Of a stretch of 64,000 nt of DNA, positions 50,683-62,967 are shown in pieces. Position numbers and translations under genes: made by a program. The notes beneath the pieces were generated by a model. That model had not been told where the DNA came from and ran no database searches. It saw only the letters and a program-made list of their open reading frames with translations. The stretch is taken from positions 94,984,001-95,048,000 of the forward strand of contig OX597817.1 of assembly GCA_951406725.2 (NCBI GenBank), in the 5' to 3' direction. Source of the DNA: Octopus vulgaris. Taxonomy: Eukaryota. Position 1 is the stretch's first letter; each line of letters starts with the position of its first letter.

Positions 50683-51565
50683 CCGCTCTCGCGCCATTTC
50701 CGCTTTACCGGTCCTTCATTACACCTGTCAGTGTTCGGACTGTCTTTGCACAGGGGCCATCCGGACTCCCACCTTCACCGTGAATTAATATTCTCTCTTC
50801 GTTCCTTTGCCCCACTTGGGCTCAACTCCCCTCCTCTCCTCTCTTCATCTGACACCTACTTCCTCTCTTCACTCCTACCCAAGTCTCCTCTCCTCTCTTG
50901 CCCTGACACCTACTTTTTCTCTTCACTTCTATCCACATCCCTTCATTGATACACCTCTCCATCCACATCCCACCCCACACATCCCATTCCCACATACCCC
51001 ACCTCTACCCCTACATCCTCACCCCAAACTCACATCGCACCCTCACTTCCCCACACCCCACCCTCACTTCCCCACACCCCACCCTCACTTCCCCACACCC
51101 CAACACCGCCACACCACACACCACATCACACCACCCCGTACACACTAGCACTGACCACTTCCCAGCACCCACACCATCATCCACACACCCACACATTACA
51201 GATCCACACACTTACACACGTACACATCCACACGTCAAAGTCACCAGCCTCTATCTATGCGCACACTTACACACTCTCACATACACATACGCACGCGCAC
51301 CTTCATTTTGGGATCACCAATACTTTATTATCCTTCCTTCTTCCTAGCTCTCCTGTCTAACTACCTCTGTCCAACCAGTCACCATGACTGACCGCTAACT
51401 CCAAAAGTTTTTTAATTCTCTCTCTGTTTATTTCCTAATGTTCCTGTCTGTTCAAGAGCGTAGGCTCGAAACATAAAAGACTTTCTCACCTTCCTGAGCG
51501 TCAAAATAATACACCTGCTTGTTGTTTATTCACCTACCTTCGTCTTTTGTTTTTCTGTAAATTTC

Positions 51566-51570
<5 letters not shown>
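50683..51570 (+). mobile_element. 3' fragment of Neptune-like Penelope element
   Basis: SRHFRFTG..HLSVFGLSLHRGHPDS..ELIFSLRSFAPLGLN matches the end of ORF 55219. 3' segment gagcgtaggctcgaaac...ccttcgtcttttg, then (TA)n. Confidence 0.85.
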
Positions 51571-51621
<51 letters not shown>

Positions 51622-51658
51622 GTATGTTGGGATGTATGTATGTATGTTTGTATGCATG

Positions 51659-51690
<32 letters not shown>

Positions 51691-51814
51691 TGTATATATA
51701 TATACATACATGCATATATATATATATATACACACATATGTATACATACATGCATATATATACACACATATTTATATACATATATATACACATACATATA
51801 CACACACACATACA

Positions 51815-52515
51815 GGTACTACTTATGAAAAGTGGACCTGACGCGCGCACCCACGCTAGTCAGTGGACGTTCGCACCCGCGCTAGTCAGTAGACGGACGC
51901 GCGCACACGAACACGCGCAAGTCAGTGACAACCTCGATAAAGGAACCCTCCACGTGTATAAATATGTGTAAATTGTAAATGGGGGGATTTTTATCTATCT
52001 ATCTATCTGTCTAATAAAACAAACTATTGAATGAATGAATGAAAAGAGAGGGAGAGAGAGACAAAATAGGATTTTTAGTGTTTGTGAATAATCGGTGCTC
52101 TGAAACTCTGCTCCTCCTTATCACAAAGTATACAAAACCAGAAACAACTACCCATTCTGATTGTTGGAGTGAATACAATGGAATAGCTGAAATTGATGTT
52201 GAACCACGGTATTCCCATTTCAAAATGAATCATAAAGAAAACACTGCGGATCCAGTAACTAAAGTGCATACCAATTCATTTCAATGTTACTGGGAAAATG
52301 CAAAAAGCAGATTCAACAGTATGATGGGAGTACACAACCCCCACCCCCACTTACAGTTTACACATATTTACATGTGTAGAGTGTTTATTTTTTATCGCAA
52401 GTGCCACTGACTTGCGCGTGTGCGTACGTGCGTCCGTCTACTTACCAGCGAGGATGCGCGTTTCCACTGACTAGGACGGGTGTGCACGTCGGGTCCACTC
52501 TTCTTAAGTAGTACC
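51815..52515 (+). mobile_element. Merlin/IS1595-like internally deleted DNA transposon
   Basis: ~125-bp imperfect TIRs (GGTACTACTTA/TAAGTAGTACC) and an 8-bp direct repeat CACATACA. The internal ORF 52039-52410 has TTTHSDCWSEY..HFKMNH..DPVTKVHTNSFQCYW. Confidence 0.82.
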
Positions 52516-52744
52516 CACATACACACACACACACACACACGCACACACATACACGCACACGCACACACATATATAGTCAACGACTAGTGAAGAGGTTGCA
52601 AAACGCAACGAAGACTTTAGAAAAATTAAATAAGTAAATTAAATAAGTTAAATAAGTAAAGTGGAAATCGAAGAGTGTGTTGAGTAATAAATAAGACACT
52701 AAAAGAGAATGAGTCTCCCCAGACACAATAATATATACATATAC

Positions 52745-53685
<941 letters not shown>

Positions 53686-53956
53686 GCATGCATGCATGCA
53701 TGTATGTATGTATGTATGTATGTAACTCCTGGTGTCCTACGGAAATTGGGCGTGAAATTTTCTGAATAATATGCTGCAATGAGGAGTGGAATACGGGTTG
53801 TTTTTGTAGGTGTACAAACTATAGAAATTCGTACTTCTCTAGTCGCTGAGCTGGCTTGTCCTCTTTGAGTCGGTGTGAAATGGCCACCGTCACATCATGA
53901 GTGTATTGGGGCACTCATTTTCTATAGCACCAACTCAAGATACTATTACCATTTAA

Positions 53957-54178
53957 CCCTTTCATTACCGAATTTATTTTGAGATGCTCTGTGTTTCATT
54001 CAATTAATTTTAAATATAACAAAGAGTTTAATAAAAGAACTTAGTTATCATTAAGCTAGTGTCGGGAACATAAATTGTGACTAAGGTTTGATGGAAGATT
54101 TTAATTCAATACTTATGAAAACAAGACATTTGTACTACAGAGCCAGAGGCGGTTTTGGCCAGGTTGGTATCAAAAGGG
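53957..54178. mobile_element. piggyBac-type MITE
   Basis: TTAA-CCCTTTCATTACC ... GGTATCAAAAGGG-TTAA. Confidence 0.8.
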
Positions 54179-54506
54179 TTAACGTGGCTCGAACTCTGAA
54201 CTATTACATATATACATACATATATACATACACACATACATACATACATACATACATACATACATACATACATACATACATACATACCCCACCTGTCCAT
54301 ATCATTCGTCAACCACCACTGCCGCCTACAGCCACGCATAAAAATACCGTTGGTGGTGGTTGAGGAAGTGGTCATCGTCGTCGTGGTAACCTGGCAGTTG
54401 TTTTCCTCTAGCATGGAATATAGGAGTGGTGTGCAGGACTGTTTACTTAACGATATATAAAATGTTTCATCAACAAGTCATATATATATATATATATGTA
54501 TATATG

Positions 54507-54540
<34 letters not shown>

Positions 54541-54664
54541 TGTATGTATGTATGTATGTATGTATGCATGTACGTATGTATGTATGTATGTATGTATGTA
54601 TGTATGTATGTATGTATGTATGTATGTATGTATGTATGTATGTATGTATGTATGTATGTATGTG

Positions 54665-54733
<69 letters not shown>

Positions 54734-54738
<5 letters not shown>

Positions 54739-55176
54739 AAGTATAGAAGCCATCTTAATATGGCTAACCACAAAGGGAAGGGGGTGTTAATGTAGCTCTA
54801 TAGCCCCAGGAGATCATCGTCTTTGCAAAGGGAGGCCATACCTTTCTCGCAAGCCTGAGTGATACGCACGGACTAGTTTAGGGATTATTGTCCCTTATCA
54901 ACGGGCGGTAACCACCAGGTCGCGATGAAAGACAAGGCTGCTTTGCAAATATATAAGAGTTTTTCTAGTGACGTCTACCACAAGGCACAATAATCCCGAA
55001 ACTAGTCCGTGCGTATCACTCAGGCTTGCGAGAAAGGGATGGCCTCCCTTTGCAAATACTTCAAGGGCACTGAAATGGTGTCTAAAACCAGCTGGAGACG
55101 ATGATCTCCTGGGGCTACAGTACCACCCCCTCCCCTTTGTGGTTAGCCATATTAAGATGGCTTCTATACTTTACAT
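54734..55176. repeat. Inverted repeat (arms ~54734-54892 and ~54984-55176) between (TA)n tracts, probable PLE pseudo-LTR ends
   Basis: Reverse-complement arms with an indel. Contains the 3' half of a hammerhead (CCC-GAAA-CTAG-TC). Confidence 0.8.
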
Positions 55177-55218
55177 TATCGAGCGATTACTGTTTACATC
55201 TCATTCTGAGATTTAATA

Positions 55219-55221
55219 ATG

Positions 55222-55265
<44 letters not shown>

Positions 55266-57573
55266 TCCATCCTGTAAGGAATTCCAGACGCGAGTTGATG
55301 TCCACAGCTTTGTGCGCCGTGTCCGGTTGGGTGCGCATTACCACGACTCGCCACCCACACCCAACGAAGAGGACTGCTTCACTGGCCTGGGCCGCCGACC
55401 ATCCCCGTGGACGCCTGCCCCTGGCCAGATCCTAGCAGTGGTTCTTTTCGCGGGCGCTTGTCAGCGTGCATTGGAGCGGTTCAACTTCTCCAGGCGCCAA
55501 CGCCGCCTCAACATCTCCCCGGCTGAGCTCTTGGCTCTTCGTTCCCTCCAACGGCGCGCTGACATTATCATCAAACCGGCTGACAAGGGTGGAGCTGTAG
55601 TGGTGTGGTGCGCGGACCTCTATAGGGCCGAGGCTTTCCGCCAACTCAATGACACCTCCTTCTACTCCCCTCTGCCCTCTAACCCCACACGTAGCTACCA
55701 ACATACGGTATCCTCTACTGTCCGCGACCTCATCTCGTCCTCCTGTCTCCCCCGCACCGCATCCAACCTAATTGTGCGAACCCCACGTACCCCCACCATT
55801 TACTTCCTCCCCAAAATCCACAAACCCAACAACCCTGGCCGCCCCATCGTCTCCGCCTGTAACTGCCCCACGGAGCTCATCTCTAAATACCTCGACCGTG
55901 TCCTTGCCCCCCTAGTGGCATCTCTTCCCTCCCACATCCACGATACCAACCATGCTCTCCGGCTTTTCAACTCTTTCTCCTTTCCTCCCGGCTCCTCCAA
56001 AATCCTTTTTACTATGGACATCGAAAGCCTCTATACTGTTATCCCTCACCACGAAGGACTGCAGGCCCTTCGACACTTTCTTGACCTCCGCTCTAACCCT
56101 GTACCTGACACCTCCACACTCATTCGTCTGGCCGAACTTGTCCTTACTCTGAACTGCTTCTCGTTCGCGGGCGAGTTCTACCATCAGGTCTCGGGAGTGG
56201 CCATGGGAACGCGAATGGGCCCCAACTATGCGGACCTGTTCGTTGGCTATGTTGAGGCCCAAATATTCTCTAATTTCACTGGTCCCACTCCTGAACTATA
56301 TGGTCGTTACATTGACGACATTATCGGTGCCACCTCACTCTCCCGTGAACATCTAGATTCCTTCCTCTCTTTCGTCCAATCTTTCCATCCAGCCCTCCAC
56401 TTCACTTCCACTATCTCCAACACCTCTGTCTCCTTCCTCGACATTTCGGTTAGCATTCTTCACTCCACTCTTACCACCTCCATTCACTACAAACACACAG
56501 ACTCACACTCATACCTCAACTTCTCTTCCTCCCACCCAGAACACACCAAGCTTTCCATCCCCTATTCCCAATTCCTCCGTCTACGTAGGCTCTGTAGTGA
56601 CGACCATGACTTTGAGACTCAGTCGCAACGTATGGCTCACCATTTCACCCTACGTGGATACCCCCTCACCACTATCCACACCGCCCTTGCCAGAGCACGG
56701 TCCGTGGACCGTGTATCTGCTCTCTCTCCCCGAACCCGCCCTGTAGTCTCCCGCCTCCCTTTTCCTCTCACTTACCACCCCACGACCCTACGTCTCCAAC
56801 GCACCATTCTTCGAGCTTTCCGTCATCTCCAGTCCGACCCGTCCACTTCACACCTCTTCCCTAACCGACCCCTCCCCTCTTTCAAACGAGCCCACAACCT
56901 TCGAGACCTTTTGGTCCATAGCTCCTTCCCTGACCCTACCTCCCAACCCGGCTCGTTCCCCTGCTCCCGCCCACGTTGCCGCACTTGCCCTTACCTCTCC
57001 AACACCACCCTCCTCACTAGCACCCACCATCGACCCTATCCCATCATCCACTCCTTCACCTGCACCTCCAGCAATATTATCTATTGCGTCTCTTGCTCTC
57101 TCTGCCATTCCTTGTACATCGGACAAACGGGACGCCGCTTGGCTGACCGGTTCGCGGAACACCTTCGTGACATCCACCTTGCGAACGACACACCGGTCTC
57201 ACGCCATTTCCGCTCCACCGGTCACTCCTTGCAACACCTATCTGTGTTCGGTTTGTCCTTACACAGAGGTCATCCGGATTCCCGTTTGCGCCGTGAACAG
57301 GAATTAATCTTCTCTCTTCGCTCTTATACGCCATTTGGTCCCAACTCTCTCCCCTCCTCATCTAACCCCCCTTTCTCCCTCCCTCCTTCCCTCTTCCCCT
57401 TCCCTCTGCTCCCTCACTCCCCTTCTCTCTCCCCTCTCCCTCTTTCCTCCTTCCCCCTCCTCCTCCCATTCCTTCTCCCCCTCTCCCCCCTCTCCCCCTC
57501 CTCTCCTCCCCCTCCCCCTCTTCTCCTCTCTCCACACTACACCACACGACTTTACACATCACATCATATATGA
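55219..57573 (+). CDS. Neptune-like Penelope retroelement ORF: reverse transcriptase + GIY-YIG endonuclease (probably 5'-truncated)
   Basis: IIKPADKGGAVVV, YFLPKIHK..PGRPIVS, TMDIESLYT, GVAMGT, YGRYIDD, FLD, Cys linker PCSRPRCRTC and NIIYCVSC..LYIGQTGR..RFAEH. The annotated ATG comes from the flank across (TA)n. Confidence 0.92.
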
Positions 57574-57823
57574 TGTGCCATACTAATACATACACCAACT
57601 AATACATACTAATACGTACTAATACATACTAATACATACTAATACATACACCAACCCTATACATACACACGTCCAGACCTCTCATACGCACTTATACTCT
57701 CTCATACACACACACACACACTTATACATACTAATACGTACTAATACATACTAATACATACTAATACATACACCACCCCATACATACGCACGTCCAGACC
57801 TATCATACGCACTAATACTCTCT

Positions 57824-57860
<37 letters not shown>

Positions 57861-58240
57861 ATACATACTAATACATACTAATACATACACTAACCCTATA
57901 CATACACACGTCCAGACCTCTCCTACGCACTAATAGCTGGTCATTCAACCCTATTATCAACCCTATTATCTCCCCTTATTTCGCACTCGCGTCTCATGTT
58001 TGATCTTTGACCTCTGGCCGAAATCAGATCGCCATGTTGATTCGTTAGTTACTGCACGCATTTTTTTTCTCTCCTTCTTTCTGTGTTTTTTTTCTCTCTG
58101 TGTATCTTTCTGTTGAAGAGCGTAGGCTCGAAACGTTAAAGACTTGTTTTATTTATATTTCCTGAGCGCCATACTAATACAAATGTTTGTTTGTTTCCCA
58201 CCTGCCTTCGTCTTTTGTCTATTTTCATAAAGCTTCCCGT
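55262..58240 (+). mobile_element. Neptune-like Penelope element bounded by (TA)n
   Basis: ORF plus a repeat-rich 3'UTR with a hammerhead-like motif; (TA)n at 55225-55262 and 58241-58264. Confidence 0.88.
58105..58142 (+). ncRNA. Minimal hammerhead-like motif with variant core CUGUUGA (degenerate copy at 51448-51481)
   Basis: TCTTT-CTGTTGA-A-GAGC gtag GCTC-GAAA-CG-TT-AAAGA. Confidence 0.5.
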
Positions 58241-58483
58241 TATATATATATATATATATATATATTATTAGTGAATTGAAGAAATGGAGTTGAACGAAGA
58301 TTGAACAGGAATCGTTTTATTGCATTCTACACGTGTTTCGAAAGGCACAATTTACAAAATTCCGATTGAATAAGGAGACCATATTGTGTCTTTCTCTTCA
58401 GGAAGAAATAGGAAATCCGTTGGAAAAAACAAAAACAGAACAGAGGCGGAGCAAAACAAATCGAACGAGGCTCCTAAGAGTCC

Positions 58484-59704
58484 ATGGCCAAACTGTTTGA
58501 CGGGAGCGCGGCGGGTGCTGGGGCAGTCGTTCCCGCATTTAATTTAGCGAACAAGGATAATTATCGGTCCGGGGGATCTCACACTAACCCAAAACCCGTT
58601 ATTCATCCGAGAATCACCCACCCGAATGCGAGAGCTGGCGTCCCGACCCATCACATAAATAGGAATAAGCATATATGGTTTGTAATTCCCTTTGGTAAGC
58701 AGAGTAGAACTAACCTCCCCCTCATGTTTCGACAAGCCATCGCCAATAACTTCCCCAGAAATTCCAAATATTACTCCACGGTTAACTCGCATAAAGTTAG
58801 GATAGCTTTCTCCAACACTAAAAACCTCGCCCAGATAATCGCCTCCCATAATAATAGGCTGCTTACTAAGACCCTATCACCTTTTTCCGGAGGCACAGCT
58901 TCTTCCGCTCCCGGTTTAACGCGCAGTAGGAATAATAATAGTAGTAATAATGATATGAGAGCCAGTACAGTGACTCATAATCTCAGCTCCAACCAGGGAT
59001 TATATACTAGGGGTATAGTTATAAATAAGGGCGATGTCATTGACGGTAACAATGGCAGTAGTGAGGTGAGCGCAGCTCGGCTCGTTAGGGTAGAGAGTCC
59101 CAATAGCAACTCCAGCATCGTTTCCGGCAATAGCGGCACCACGGGCACTAGCAATGACAGCACTCTGAGTGATAGTGTAGGATCAGGGGTTATTCCGTTA
59201 GTTAATAGTGACGTAGTGGAAAATAAAGTAGTAAGCGGCTGCAGTTCTCGCAACAAATATAGTAACAGTAACGCAGTTCTAATTTCAGAAACTAATCCTA
59301 ACAGAATAAGGTTCACGTCGGTGAACTCCAAGATCAGAAACGCCGTCTACCAATGCAAGGTTTACACAGACTCAGATGTCTACTCTTATGTAGGGGCCTC
59401 ATCGTCAAGATTGGCCTTACGAATCTCCAACCATTACGCAACTTTTCGAGACGTGAATAAATGCCAGACCACGGGACTTAGCAAGCTAATATGGCGATTG
59501 AAGAATACGAACTCAAGCTACAGGCTGGAATGGTCAATTTTGTCGTTGGACCTCCCATTTGACAGGGGCAGAAGGAAGTGCAACCTTTGTGTCTCCGAAC
59601 TCTTCCATATATTGTTCGCCAGAGACCGGATGGTAAACGGACTTTTACAGTCGGCTTTTCGATGCCCCCATTGGCGGCGTTATACTTATCTTGCTTATAA
59701 ATAA
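58484..59704 (+). CDS. PLE C-terminal ORF: RT thumb remnant, Ser/Asn-rich spacer, GIY-YIG endonuclease
   Basis: HIWFVIPF..TN..NNFP..KVRIAFS..NLAQIIASHN, then NAVYQCKV..YSYVGASS..RISNH..LSKLIWRLK..WSIL..CNLCVSE..RCPH. Open for 406 codons. Confidence 0.75.
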   Translation: MAKLFDGSAAGAGAVVPAFNLANKDNYRSGGSHTNPKPVIHPRITHPNARAGVPTHHINRNKHIWFVIPFGKQSRTNLPLMFRQAIANNFPRNSKYYSTVNSHKVRIAFSNTKNLAQIIASHNNRLLTKTLSPFSGGTASSAPGLTRSRNNNSSNNDMRASTVTHNLSSNQGLYTRGIVINKGDVIDGNNGSSEVSAARLVRVESPNSNSSIVSGNSGTTGTSNDSTLSDSVGSGVIPLVNSDVVENKVVSGCSSRNKYSNSNAVLISETNPNRIRFTSVNSKIRNAVYQCKVYTDSDVYSYVGASSSRLALRISNHYATFRDVNKCQTTGLSKLIWRLKNTNSSYRLEWSILSLDLPFDRGRRKCNLCVSELFHILFARDRMVNGLLQSAFRCPHWRRYTYLAYK

Positions 59705-59894
59705 CGCTTATAAATAATACCTGCACCCGGTTACACTACTTATATGAAAATAGCCCTTGGAAATAAATTCTGAAAAAGCTTTTAAGAGAAATATGATTAA
59801 CCATTGCAAGGGGAATTACTCCTGGGAGACGAATGGTGTTTTGTTTTGACGACGGGGGGTTTCTTTGACAAGGCATGATTAGACGAACACACGC

Positions 59895-60080
59895 ACACAT
59901 AAAATATTTTTCTGCCGCCCGACAGATTTTACAGCAGTGACCATTGTGTAGGGCTGTTTACCAACTGACGGCCGCGCGATCAAACACACATACGTACACA
60001 TAAAATATTTTCTACCCCCTGACGGATTTCTCAGCAGTGACCAGAGTGTAGCGCTTCTTACCAACTTGCGGCCGCGCATA
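59895..60080. repeat. ~100-bp tandem duplication in PLE 3'UTR
   Basis: acacataaaatatttt..cagcagtgacca..ttaccaact..cggccgcgc occurs twice. Confidence 0.85.
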
Positions 60081-60378
60081 TATAGAACAGTACACACACA
60101 CATGTTTCTAAGTAGATTTTGTCTCGCCCCATATAATACACCTAATATTCTTTAAATAGTCAGAACTTTAGTCTCGGTCACAAAGAACATCTACGCACCC
60201 CGTGCTCTCACCCACCGGAATGACCGCTGCCTGACCCGTTAAAATCTTCAACGCACTCACCACCCGTTTTCAACATACATTGATAAACAGTTTGGCCATG
60301 GACTCTTAGTAGCCTCGTTCGATTTGTTTTGCTCCGCCTCTGTTCTGTTTTTGTTTTTTCCAACGGATTTCCTATTTC

Positions 60379-60458
60379 TTCCTGAAGAGAAAGACACAAT
60401 ATGGTCTCCTTATTCAATCGGAATTTGGTAAATTGTGCCTTTCGAAACACGTGTAGAA
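60379..60458 (+). ncRNA. Type I hammerhead ribozyme, canonical core (inverted copy at 58325-58404, minus strand)
   Basis: TTC-CTGAAGA-GAAAGACACAAT..ATTGTGCCTTTC-GAAA-CACGTG-TA-GAA. Confidence 0.72.
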
Positions 60459-60669
60459 TGCAATAAAACGATTTGTGTTCAATCTTCGTTCAACTCCATT
60501 TCTTCAATTCACTAATAATATTAAAATTCAATTATCCGCACCAACGCACGGTTGCAACACCATATGGTTGTACCTCCAACCGTGCCGTCTTCTGCTGTGA
60601 TTTTTGCTACCGAGGTATCGGTTAAACTTTTGATTAATCTGCAACAAGATTATTCATCTTTCTATTTCA

Positions 60670-60706
<37 letters not shown>

Positions 60707-60950
60707 GAAATAAGGTACTCAGAAGATCGGATGGTTTATATTTACAGATATTTATTTATATATTAAATTTTTTATATATATCTATCATATCACTTAGATC
60801 ATAAGCGCTTTCCCCCATTCTAGTGGGGGTTTCAAATCAAACTAAGTTCCTGTGTGAGGAATTTTGATCATTTTATAGAGTTTCGTAGTGGTGGGGAGGA
60901 ATATAAGACAGTACAAGAGGATGATGGATGAGGAAAAAGTGAGAGAGAAA

Positions 60951-60989
<39 letters not shown>

Positions 60990-61281
60990 TATCTGGGATG
61001 AGTGCTAGAGAGAAAGAGGGGAAGGGAGAGGGAAGAAGAAGAAAATATTTTTTGGGGTCTGCTGGACAGAATATTGACTCCAATGGGGTTCTAAGGCCTT
61101 AGGAAAAAAAAGAATTTCAGCTTTGACCACTTCACAGTGTTACTGAGTGTGTGGTGGCGGGGATGTAGGCCATAAATTATATTTCCTTTTATCATTGTGA
61201 GAATGGTCAAATGCTTTTTTGGGTTTAAGAATTCTTTCCACTTTTTATGATCGTTTTGTGGAGGTGTCTGTGTGTGTCTGT

Positions 61282-61329
<48 letters not shown>

Positions 61330-61429
61330 GTGGGTGTCTGTGTGTTTGGAGAAGGGAAGAGAGAAAAAAAGAAAAAGAAAAATAAGGGAGGAAGGGGAAA
61401 AAAATTGTGTTGATATTTATACCACTATA

Positions 61430-61702
61430 TATATATATACATGCTTATACATGAAATATTAGAAAAAAACCCTTTTATCGATTCAAAATGAACAACTAAA
61501 TTTCACCATCTTGAAAATTGTATATCATAGGAAAGTTAAAATTAAAATGACAATTAAAAAGTAAAGATGAGGTAAATTACAAACATAATATAATGTATAT
61601 AACAGGCAATATATATATATACACACACGCACATATATATATACACACATACTAAATGTTCTACTATATTAAATTGTAAATCGAAAGATGTGTCCTTCAA
61701 CG

Positions 61703-61751
<49 letters not shown>

Positions 61752-61928
61752 GCTTATACATGAAATATTAGAAAAAAACCCTTTTATCGATTCAAAATGA
61801 ACAACTAAATTACACCATCTTGAAAATTGTATATCATAGGAAAGTTAAAATTAAAATGACAATTAAAAAGTAAAGATGAGGTAAATTACAAACATAATAT
61901 AATGTATATAACAGGCAATATATATACA

Positions 61929-62017
<89 letters not shown>

Positions 62018-62048
62018 TATATAATATATATAACACATATATATATAT

Positions 62049-62131
<83 letters not shown>

Positions 62132-62195
62132 CATACACACACATATTAAATGTTCTACTATATTATATTGTAAATCGAAAAGTGTGTCCTTCAAT
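61430..62195. repeat. Tandem duplication (~320-bp core with expanded TA/A tracts)
   Basis: catgcttatacatgaaatattagaaaaaaacc...gtgtccttcaa starts at ~61440 and again at ~61749. Confidence 0.9.
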
Positions 62196-62199
62196 GTAT

Positions 62200-62735
62200 G
62201 ATGAGTAAAATTTCAGCCATTTAATTTGCGGGAGAACTTAGCTATGAAATATTTTTCCATATTCCTCCTGAAAGAGGTGTCGTTCTACGGACATTTGTAG
62301 AAGGGAAAGATCTTAAATTTTCCTTCTCCACACGTAGCTAGGTGTGTACTTAGTGGTATTTTGCGTAGTTCTTCGGGCCGAATATGTTGTCGGTGAATCC
62401 TGGCTTGCTGGCACAAAGAATTACCAGTTTCACCTACGTAATTCTCCTTGCACGTGGGGAAGGTTATGCAGTATATAATGTTCTGCGTCTTGCAGTTCAT
62501 ATCTGCATTTACTTTGAATACGTAACCACTTTTAAATCTCATCTCTCTGTTTCCCTCTATGTATTTGTAGGTGGGGTTGCTGCAGATTCCACATCTACCA
62601 TCTCCGCACTCTTTTGCAAAGAATTCCGTTTTAGTTTCTGAAGAGAATTTCGCTCTTGTTAGGTGTTTCTTTAGGTTTTTGTCCTGTCGTCTACTGTTTT
62701 TTATGCTATATTTGTTTAATATGTTTTTCATTTTC

Positions 62736-62737
<2 letters not shown>
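62200..62737 (-). pseudogene. GIY-YIG endonuclease fragment of another Neptune-like PLE
   Basis: KNLKKHLTRAKF..CGDGRCGIC..MNCKTQNIIYCITFPTCKENYVGETG..RIHRQHI..KIFPFYK; truncated at (TA)n. Confidence 0.8.
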
Positions 62738-62794
<57 letters not shown>

Positions 62795-62814
62795 CATATA
62801 TAATAAATAAATAA

Positions 62815-62940
62815 TGCTGGAGCACCGACTTAAAGAGTGTTAGCCAAAGAAATCGAGCCCAGGACTTATTCTTTTAACGCCTAGTACTTATTCTATCGGT
62901 CTCTTATGCCGAACCGATGGTAGGGCGACAAACACGGGCA
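62815..62940 (-). mobile_element. OK-like SINE fragment
   Basis: atgctggagcaccg..cccaggacttattc..ctagtacttattctatcggtctc. Confidence 0.7.
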
Positions 62941-62967
62941 CACACACACACACATACGCGCGCACAT

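Larger units (their letters stand above)
58263..60675 (+). mobile_element. 5'-truncated Naiad-like Penelope element with inverted pseudo-LTR
   Basis: 58263-58498 is the reverse complement of 60285-60521. These arms enclose a thumb/GIY-YIG ORF, and (TA)n lies on both sides. Confidence 0.8.

Noticed and set aside
58484-59704. Selenoprotein-type Naiad (in-frame TGA/SECIS)
   Set aside because: The ORF has no in-frame TGA, and I could not identify a SECIS element.
60795-60845. Minus-strand CCCCC/GGGGG-AAAGCGCTT hammerhead-like remnant (a similar weak case at ~1335-1385)
   Set aside because: The CUGANGA core is too degenerate and stem I unconvincing; at best a decayed PLE ribozyme.
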